A stretch of DNA of 64,000 bases from positions 704,001-768,000 of the forward strand of contig CAWJCS010000006.1 in NCBI GenBank assembly GCA_963841435.1. Reading direction: 5' to 3'. The notes under the pieces were generated by a model. It saw nothing but the letters and a program-made list of their open reading frames with translations. It ran no database searches and had not been told where the DNA came from. Source of the DNA: an uncultured delta proteobacterium. Its GTDB lineage: Bacteria > Myxococcota_A > Polyangia > Polyangiales > Polyangiaceae. Below, in pieces: positions 57,157-64,000 of this stretch. The stretch's first letter is position 1. Every line of letters begins with the position of its first letter. The position numbers were made by a program, and so were the translations under genes.

Positions 57157-57303
57157 GAATGGCTCCTTTTCGTCGGTTGGTTTTCGGCGCAGGGCGTGGA
57201 TGGGTCCAGCCCGGGTGAGAGGGACAGGGGTCGGCACCCGGCACGCGCCGGGAGCGACGAACGTCGGCGAGCCTCCCCCGGGGGGCGCTCGATCACGGCC
57301 GAG

Positions 57304-58236
57304 TCAGCGGCGTCGAATGACGAGCTCTTCGAGCTCGGGCGTGTAGAGGTCCTCGGCGGCGAACACGTCCGGCAGTGGCTCGAGGAATGTGGCGGTCGGT
57401 TGAGTGCCCTCGAAATTGCCGAGGAAGCCGTGGGTCTTGTAGCCGAGCAGGTCGGAGAGCTCGCGCGAGAGGGACTTGGCGATCTCGGGCGGCACGGCGA
57501 GCTGCGGGTTCTCCAGCGGGCGCAGCCAGCCGAGGCTGTAACCGAGCAAGAGCGCCGTGCGAGAGCGAGCGCTCCGGTTTTCGCCGCCGCCGTGGTGAAC
57601 CGCGCCGTCCATCATCAGAAAGGAGCCGCGCGGCATCACCACCGGCAAGGCCTGTCGCGGGTCCGCTCGACGCTCGTCGCTCCAGAGATGGCTGCGCGGG
57701 ACGATGCGGGTCGCGCCATTTTCCTCCGTGAAGTCATCGACGGCCCAGATGGTGTTGATGACGCTCGGGGGGCTCGGGTGCTTGAACGGGAACGGGCCGT
57801 CGTCGCGGTGCAGCGACTGGGCGGGTTGTCCGGGCTCGATGCGCACGGCTTCCGTGAAGTGCAGCTGATGGTGGTAGGCCTCGCCGCGAAAGATCTCGCG
57901 AAGCGCGCTCTGAATCAGCGGATCGGTGATCAGCTCGTGCGTCGCGAGCGACTTCACCACCAGGCGCTGCGTGCGGCGCGTCGAGAGCCCCGTGAAGCTG
58001 CCGCGCGACGTGGGGACGCGTGACAGGTACGGCTCGAGCTCGAGCTTCGCGTGATCGGTCGCCTCGACCAGGTAGCGCTCCACGATGGCGCAGCCGAACT
58101 CCGCGACCGCGGCTGCGAGCGCGGCGGGCGTCACGCTGGCCGAGAAACGCGGGATGGCGTCGCCGCCGAGCGCGCGGCGGCCGTTCGGGGACGGTCGAGT
58201 GTCGGGGGACGGTGACGATACAATCGCGGGTGTCAT
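57304..58236 (-). CDS. Phytanoyl-CoA dioxygenase family Fe(II)/2-oxoglutarate oxygenase
   Basis: QSLHRDD (HxD), DFTEENGATRIVP, HGGGENRS...R, GWLR..EN; AAGGAGG RBS. Confidence 0.9.
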   Translation of the reverse strand: MTPAIVSSPSPDTRPSPNGRRALGGDAIPRFSASVTPAALAAAVAEFGCAIVERYLVEATDHAKLELEPYLSRVPTSRGSFTGLSTRRTQRLVVKSLATHELITDPLIQSALREIFRGEAYHHQLHFTEAVRIEPGQPAQSLHRDDGPFPFKHPSPPSVINTIWAVDDFTEENGATRIVPRSHLWSDERRADPRQALPVVMPRGSFLMMDGAVHHGGGENRSARSRTALLLGYSLGWLRPLENPQLAVPPEIAKSLSRELSDLLGYKTHGFLGNFEGTQPTATFLEPLPDVFAAEDLYTPELEELVIRRR

Positions 58237-58266
58237 GGCTGCCTCCTTCGGCGCGGCCTCAGCGCC

Positions 58267-61200
58267 TCACTGATCAGGCGTGCCGTCGGGTGGAACGAAC
58301 GTTCCGTGCGGAAAGGGGCGGTAGCTGCAGAAGATGCCCGTGACGATGCTGCGATCGAGGTGCGTCCCGAGCTCGGGGTCTTGCCGCGCGATGCGCTGGA
58401 TCGCGTCACGTAGCCGGCGCTGCACGTTGATGCGGGCGCGCTCCGCGTAGTCGCCGGCGCGCCGAACGCGGTTGCCGAGCCCGAGCGAGCGCTGGAGCTC
58501 GTGCGTCAGAAATTCGCGCTCGCTGCCGAGCTTGGTGATTCGGCCGGCGTCGTTGAAGGATTCTGCCTCCGCGAGCTCCGTGTCGAGATCGTGCAAGCGA
58601 CGGCGGTAGGCCGCTATCGCCTCTGGATCGAGCAGCTCGCCGGCATCTCCCTGCTCTCGCTCCGCGCCCGGCATGGCCAGATCGAGCGCGTGGATCTCGG
58701 CTCCCGGCCGGCGGAGCAGCTCCGCGAGCCAGCGCACTCCCTTGGAATCGCGCAGGCGCAGCGTGCCTCGCTCCCAGGTGAGGTTCCAGAGCTCCCCGTC
58801 TGGTTCGAGCTCGATGCCGGCCACGGCCTGGATCGGGGTGTCGTCGGCTCGAGCGCTCGTCGTCATCGGGGCCTCCGCCGCGTCGCTCTTCGAGAGAGCG
58901 GCGCGAGCCGAGCCCGAACGTGCGGCGAGCCCCGGCATGCCGAGCGCCACGGCGGTAGCCTCCGCCGCATCGAGCAATTCGAGCGCTTCGGCACGCGACG
59001 CCTGCCTCCTCGAAAGCACGCGGGCAAGCTCGAATCTCGCCCAGGCGGCGAAAGGTGGGCTCTTCGCGCTTTCTGCCAGCTCGACGGCTGCTGTTAGGTG
59101 GCGGCGCGCGTCCTCGAGCCGGCCGCCGCGCACGGCGCAGCGCCCGAGCGAGAGCGCGATGGGCCCTTCCCACACCATGCCGGTCATGCCTCCGGAGCAG
59201 AAGCGGGCTTCCTTGAGCTCGAGCCGGCTCTCGATCGCGGCCACCAGCTCCGGGTCGTCGAGCACCTCCGAGATCGTGAGCAGTCGCGACAGCATGGCTG
59301 CGTCCGAAAGGCCGAGCACTCGCTCGACGTCGTGGGCCGAGAAGAGGCGCGCCGCCTGGGCGCCGTAGCCCGCGAGGACGAGCGCCTCGCACGAATTGAG
59401 CCGGGTGAAGACCTCGTTGAGGTTCAGGCTTTCACCCGCGCCCACCAGCTCGGGGCGAACGGCGAGCAGCTCGTCGTAGCGCCCCTGGAGCTTCAGGAGC
59501 ATCGAGCGCTGCAGCATGTTCGTCTTCAGCACATTGGGGTCGCGTGCGCGGCGGCCGAGCGAGCTCGCGCGCTCCATGGCCGCCTCCGCGTCGGCAAAAC
59601 GGCCCTGGAAGATCGCGCTCATCGCGCGGAACGAGTGCGCGCGCCACGCGTAGAACGGATGGCCGATCCGTTCGGCCGCGAGCTCGACCTCGTCGATGGT
59701 GAGCTCGGCGGCCGCCACGTCGCCGAGCTCGAAACAGTCGAACACGAGTCGCATCTTGCCGCGCAGCGCCTCGAGCGGCTCGTCGAGGCCCTCGGCGGTC
59801 CGGATGTATTCGCGGTTGAGCTCGATGCGCTCACTCGGTGGGGCGAGATCCATCATCGCGCTCACGGCGTAGCGCGCGGTTTCGAGCCATGTGCGGGGGT
59901 CGCCGAGGCGCCGCGCCATCAGAACGGCCTCGCGCGCCATGGCAATCGGCTCGTCCGGATCGTCCGCAGGCTGGAGCGCTGCGGCCAACCGAGCTCCAAG
60001 GACCGCGCGCAGCGGCGAATCCGACGGCGCGAGCGGCGACAGCGCCTCGCGCAGGAGCTCCACGAGCTTCGTATCGATTGCAGCGAAGACGAGGATCGAA
60101 CCGTGCGTCAACGCCGCGCGGCAGAAAAGCTCGCTGTTGCGGATGGCGCGCGCGAGCTCCGTGGCGCGCTCCGCATGCTGTTTGCCCGTGTCGATCGCTC
60201 CGCTGTGCAGCTCCGCGTCCGCGAGGCGGATCAAGAGCTCGGCGCGTCCCTCGAGATCCGCGCTGGCGTCCTGGCCGAGCGCGGCCAGCGCGCGCGTGTA
60301 CCAGGCGGCCGCCTCGGAGAACCCGAGGTTTGCGGCGGCGGCCTCGGCCGCACGGGGGCAAGCTTGCACGGCTCCCGCGCGACCCTCGGCGCCTGCTTCC
60401 AAGTAGTGGTGGGCGATTTCCGACCAGAAAAGCTCGTCGGGCTTGCGCCGGCGCAAGAGCTCCGCCGCCTCCAGGTGTAGGGCCGTGCGGCGAGCATCGT
60501 CCAGGTCGCGGTGCAGCGTTTCACGGACCAGCACGTGGCTGAAGCGGTACTCGCCAGGCAGCGCCTCCGTGACGACGCCGGCGTCGAGCGCGTCGTTCAA
60601 GAGCGGCGCCACCTGCGCCATGCTCCGACCGGAGAGCGCGGAGAGCATGGTCCCCGAAAAATCGCGACCGAGCACGCTGGCCACCTCGAGCAAAGCGTGA
60701 GTACTCGGGCCGAGCGCCTCCATGCGGCGGCGCAGCGTGTGGCGAATGTTGCCCGGAATGGCAACACCCGCCGCCGTCACCTGGTCCCACGACGCCTGCT
60801 GAGCGAGCAGCCGCGTCACTTCCGTGACGAACAGCGGGTTGCCCTCCGTCGCGGCGAAGATCGCATCCGTTGCTTGCTCGGCCGCGCGAGCTCCAGCCGA
60901 GGTGGCCAGAAACGTGGCCACGTCGCCGCGCCCCAGCCGCCCGAGCGGCAGCGTCCGCCCTCGCTCGACCGCGCGGGCGAGCGCGTCGCGCGTCTCGGCC
61001 AACCGCGCGTCCGCGTCGCGATACGTGCCGAGCACGCACACGCGCGCGCTCTTGAGCTCGGGTCCCAAAACCTCGAAAACGCCCAGCGACGACATGTCGG
61101 CGGCGTGGAGGTCCTCGAGAATGACGAGGGTGCACGGCACGTCGCGCACGCTGCAGAGCGCGCCGCTGATCGCGTCCAGAAGCTCGAACCGCTCGCGCTC

Positions 61201-61575
61201 CGGGTCGAGCCCAGTCAGCTCCTCGCCCGAGCCGAGCAGCGCCTCGAGCTCCGGCACGAGCTGAGCCAGATAGCGGGCCCGGCGACCGAGGTTCCCACTC
61301 ACGCGGGCGGGCGAATCGTCCCGCAACAACGCGCGCAGGACCTGGATCCAGGGCCAGTACGCGGGCGCGCCGCCCACTTCCCAGCAGCGTCCCCACACCA
61401 CGACGGTGCCCTCGAGGGCCGCCGCGTCGGCGAGCTCCTCGGACAGGCGGCTCTTGCCGATGCCTGGCTCCCCGGACAAGAACCATAGGCTGCCTCTGCC
61501 GTTGCGCGCCGCACGCACCGCCGACGTGAGCTGCTCGAGCTCGGTCTTGCGGCCGACCAGCTGGTGCGCCTGCAT
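58267..61575 (-). CDS. STAND-type AAA ATPase with TPR-like helical region and C-terminal putative DNA-binding domain (regulator)
   Basis: LVGRKTEL, Walker A GEPGIGKS, Walker B ILEDLH, GNPLFV, FSHVLVRE; C-terminal DSKG..LL..P...ERARINV...TG.FCSY. Confidence 0.85.
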   Translation of the reverse strand: MQAHQLVGRKTELEQLTSAVRAARNGRGSLWFLSGEPGIGKSRLSEELADAAALEGTVVVWGRCWEVGGAPAYWPWIQVLRALLRDDSPARVSGNLGRRARYLAQLVPELEALLGSGEELTGLDPERERFELLDAISGALCSVRDVPCTLVILEDLHAADMSSLGVFEVLGPELKSARVCVLGTYRDADARLAETRDALARAVERGRTLPLGRLGRGDVATFLATSAGARAAEQATDAIFAATEGNPLFVTEVTRLLAQQASWDQVTAAGVAIPGNIRHTLRRRMEALGPSTHALLEVASVLGRDFSGTMLSALSGRSMAQVAPLLNDALDAGVVTEALPGEYRFSHVLVRETLHRDLDDARRTALHLEAAELLRRRKPDELFWSEIAHHYLEAGAEGRAGAVQACPRAAEAAAANLGFSEAAAWYTRALAALGQDASADLEGRAELLIRLADAELHSGAIDTGKQHAERATELARAIRNSELFCRAALTHGSILVFAAIDTKLVELLREALSPLAPSDSPLRAVLGARLAAALQPADDPDEPIAMAREAVLMARRLGDPRTWLETARYAVSAMMDLAPPSERIELNREYIRTAEGLDEPLEALRGKMRLVFDCFELGDVAAAELTIDEVELAAERIGHPFYAWRAHSFRAMSAIFQGRFADAEAAMERASSLGRRARDPNVLKTNMLQRSMLLKLQGRYDELLAVRPELVGAGESLNLNEVFTRLNSCEALVLAGYGAQAARLFSAHDVERVLGLSDAAMLSRLLTISEVLDDPELVAAIESRLELKEARFCSGGMTGMVWEGPIALSLGRCAVRGGRLEDARRHLTAAVELAESAKSPPFAAWARFELARVLSRRQASRAEALELLDAAEATAVALGMPGLAARSGSARAALSKSDAAEAPMTTSARADDTPIQAVAGIELEPDGELWNLTWERGTLRLRDSKGVRWLAELLRRPGAEIHALDLAMPGAEREQGDAGELLDPEAIAAYRRRLHDLDTELAEAESFNDAGRITKLGSEREFLTHELQRSLGLGNRVRRAGDYAERARINVQRRLRDAIQRIARQDPELGTHLDRSIVTGIFCSYRPFPHGTFVPPDGTPDQ

Positions 61576-61784
61576 CCGCTCGAGTGTTCCCCGATGGCTG
61601 GCCGGTTGTCGAGACGACGGCGGCGATGCGGGGACGAGCTCTTGGAACACCCTGTGAACAAGGCGTTCCAAAGGCCGGAACGATCGTTCCAAGGGCGCTC
61701 GGGCCCCGCGCCGGCCGATCCGCTGCCTCCTCGCCCCAAACGGGGCTCAGAAGGCCTCTCGTGATAGTAGCGAGCTCGAAGCTC

Positions 61785-62516
61785 ATGACCCTGTCCGTGC
61801 GCGGCTTGACCAAAAGCTACGGTCTCGGCGATGCGAAAATCGTCGTTCTGCGTGGCGTCGACCTCGACCTCCCGCCCGGCGAAATGTGCGCGGTGATGGG
61901 GCCCTCCGGAGCCGGGAAGAGCACGCTCTTGCATCTCGTGGCAGGCCTCGACGAGCCCGACTCCGGAACGATCAGCGTTTTGGGGACGCCGCTCGCCGGG
62001 CTCGACGACCGCGCGCGCACGCTGATCCGCCGGGACAAGATCGGCATCGTCTATCAGTTCTTCAACCTCGTTTCGAACCTCACGGCGCTGGAAAACGTGC
62101 TCCTGCCATTCTACATCGCCGGCGTGGAGCCCGATCTCGTCGCGGCGGAACGGGCGCTCGAACGAGTCGGCATGGCGAAGCGCGCGGAGCATCTGCCTGC
62201 GCAGCTCTCGGGCGGAGAAATGCAGCTCGTGTCGATCGCTCGGGCGCTCGTGCGAAAGCCCGCGCTCGTGCTCGCCGACGAGCCGACAGGCAATGTCAAC
62301 GTCGCCACGGGGCGCAAGATCTTGAATTTGCTCCGCGAAGTCCTCAAGGAAACCGGCAGCTCACTCTTGATGGTCACGCACAACCCCGAGGACGCCGCGC
62401 GGGCGGACCGTGTGGTGTTCATGAGAGACGGCGTCGTGCCCCCGGAGGCGTCGATCGCGGGGCCCTCGATCGACGTGGCGACGATCCACGAGCGACTCCG
62501 GGAGCTCGGCATTTGA
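61785..62516 (+). CDS. ABC transporter ATP-binding protein (LolD/MacB-like)
   Basis: GPSGAGKST, YQFFNL, LSGGE, LADEPTGN, VTH. Confidence 0.93.
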   Translation: MTLSVRGLTKSYGLGDAKIVVLRGVDLDLPPGEMCAVMGPSGAGKSTLLHLVAGLDEPDSGTISVLGTPLAGLDDRARTLIRRDKIGIVYQFFNLVSNLTALENVLLPFYIAGVEPDLVAAERALERVGMAKRAEHLPAQLSGGEMQLVSIARALVRKPALVLADEPTGNVNVATGRKILNLLREVLKETGSSLLMVTHNPEDAARADRVVFMRDGVVPPEASIAGPSIDVATIHERLRELGI

Positions 62517-64000
62517 GCCTCGCCCGCTTCCTTTCCTGGAAGAACCTGCGCTCGGATCGCTTCGCCACGGCGTGCATGGTGCTCGGCGTTGCGCTCGGGA
62601 CGGCGACCGTCAACGTCGTCTTGACCCTCAACGTCAACACGCGGCGCGTGGAAGCGGGCAACTGGAGCACCAACCCCGACCTCTTGCCCGACGTGGCTTC
62701 CACGGTTTCGCTTTCCCCGCTGCGACCCGTCGGGCCCGCGGTCGAAAAGGCCAAGAAGGCCGCTCCAGCCGCCGAGGACACTCGCGAGGAAACGCACGAA
62801 GACTACCAGGTCATGCGCTCGGCGATCCGACTGGGGTCGCTGTCGGCGTTCCTCGTCGGTGCGTTGATCGTCTTTTTCAGCTTCGCGGTGGTGATCGAGC
62901 ACCGGCGCCGGGAAATGGCTCTGTTGCGGAGTCTCGGCGCGACGGCTCGCCAAGCGGCGGGGGTGCTCGTGCGCGAGGCGGTATGGGTTGGCGCCGCCGG
63001 TGCGCTCCTGGGACTCTTGGGCGCCATTCCCCTGAGCTTTTTGGCCGCACGCGTCGGGATCACGACCACGGGGCGCTCGAAAATCGATAGCCTGACGTTC
63101 CCCTGGGCACAGATGCTGGCCGTCTCCGCCCTGGGAGGGCTAACGGCGCTCCTCGGCGTGTTGCCCCCGGTGAGGAAGATCCTGAAGCTCCGCGTCCCCG
63201 AGGCGCTGCGCCCGCGCTTCCTCGACGAGGCGCACGCCCGAGCGATCGGGCGGAGGACGCCGGGCATCACGTTGGTCGCGGTGCCGTTCGCGTTGCTTGC
63301 GTACGGGCTGATGCGGCCCCTGTTTCGGGAGGTTCTGCCGTCGCTCGTCTTTTTCGTGCTCGAGGCCGTCTTGGTGATGCTTGCGCTCTTGGCGCTCCTT
63401 TTGCTGGTCCCCGAGTTGACGCGTGTCGTCGGCGGTGCGCTGGCGCGGGCGTTCTTGCACGGGCCCCGGGCGGCGAAGCTTCTCACCACGAGCCGTATTC
63501 GTCGCCAGGGCCACGAGCTCGCATGGTCGGTCGGCGGGGTCATGCTCGTCTTCTCGCTGCTCCTCTCGCTGCACATCTCGACGTACGCTCTCAAAAGCGA
63601 GGTGGCTCGCTTCGGAGAGATCGCGCTGCGCGGCCACGCCTTCTTGTTCACGAACGACGAGAGCGCGATTCCGAGCAGTTTTGTTGCAGCTATGCCCCCG
63701 GGGCTCAGCGTGACCCGCTACTCCGGGCGGACACGGCAGCCGAATCAAGTCGCCGCCCTGCCGAGAGAGGACCTACAGGCCCTCGCGCGCGCCGAGCGCC
63801 GACCCGAGCTCGCCGAGCTCGCCGCTGGCTTTCGCGAAGACTCGGTGATCCTTTCGTCTCTGATGGCCCGGCGGCTCGGGCTCGCCGCCGGGGACCAGCT
63901 CGAGCTTTCGAGCCCGAGAGGCAAGCGTACGCTCAACGTGACCGCCGTGACCGACGCGCTCGGCTTTTTTCCGGTGCGCGGGACGTACCGGAGCAGCAAG
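62513..64000 (+). CDS. ABC transporter permease, FtsX/MacB-like (3' truncated by the window edge)
   Basis: TTG start overlapping the upstream stop; MSLARFLSWKNLR..VLGVALG, HRRREMALLRSLGAT; frame open to the window end and absent from the ORF track. Confidence 0.85.
   Translation, partial: MSLARFLSWKNLRSDRFATACMVLGVALGTATVNVVLTLNVNTRRVEAGNWSTNPDLLPDVASTVSLSPLRPVGPAVEKAKKAAPAAEDTREETHEDYQVMRSAIRLGSLSAFLVGALIVFFSFAVVIEHRRREMALLRSLGATARQAAGVLVREAVWVGAAGALLGLLGAIPLSFLAARVGITTTGRSKIDSLTFPWAQMLAVSALGGLTALLGVLPPVRKILKLRVPEALRPRFLDEAHARAIGRRTPGITLVAVPFALLAYGLMRPLFREVLPSLVFFVLEAVLVMLALLALLLLVPELTRVVGGALARAFLHGPRAAKLLTTSRIRRQGHELAWSVGGVMLVFSLLLSLHISTYALKSEVARFGEIALRGHAFLFTNDESAIPSSFVAAMPPGLSVTRYSGRTRQPNQVAALPREDLQALARAERRPELAELAAGFREDSVILSSLMARRLGLAAGDQLELSSPRGKRTLNVTAVTDALGFFPVRGTYRSSK

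Noticed and set aside
4897-60480. Many long antisense or alternate-frame ORFs (Pro/Ala- or Arg-rich, e.g. 40510..43062, 27813..29966, 8099..9724)
   Set aside because: Shadow ORFs expected in high-GC DNA; they mirror well-supported genes and Gly linkers and have no family motifs
58267-61575. STAND ATPase as an antiviral Avs/NLR defence protein
   Set aside because: No nuclease, TIR or SIR2 effector seen; the architecture and metabolic neighbours fit a transcriptional regulator
61785-64000. ABC pair as the Lol lipoprotein sorting system for the many lipoproteins
   Set aside because: The permease looks like a long two-repeat FtsX/MacB-type exporter rather than LolC/E; it is truncated and nothing links it to the lipoproteins

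Overview
High-GC bacterial DNA whose gene content points to Myxococcota, probably Polyangiaceae/Sorangiineae. The evidence is a MYXO-CTERM tail, a DUF1592/DUF1552 pair and many lipoproteins with long Gly/Ala/Ser/Thr linkers; the taxonomy is inference. From about 5 to 54 kb the window is a plant-cell-wall (pectin/arabinan/hemicellulose) degradation region. It encodes GH43, GH5, GH39, GH51, two GH54, PL1, PL9, CE8, an alginate-lyase-like+CBM protein, a beta-helix protein and an SMP-30 lactonase, and it ends in araB-araA-araD and a LamB-type sugar porin. Almost all of these enzymes are built as lipobox + flexible linker + catalytic domain. In most, the linker ends in a Cys, and the catalytic domain carries a second Cys at an atypical position, suggesting a reusable disulfide 'staple'. 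No SusC/D pair or inner-membrane sugar transporter is present. Also present are a CBM-like lipoprotein/DUF1592 (CXXCH)/DUF1552 (Tat) operon, two GT-C-like membrane proteins, GAF-AraC and XylR regulators, and a STAND-ATPase/PhyH/OsmC/FAD-oxidoreductase/methyltransferase cluster. An ABC exporter runs off the right end. There are several gene remnants: an internally deleted GH35, a frameshifted ASST-like lipoprotein, an orphan linker and an orphan signal peptide. No rRNA, tRNA, CRISPR array or transposase was recognised. All family calls come from motif recognition by eye, not from database searches.
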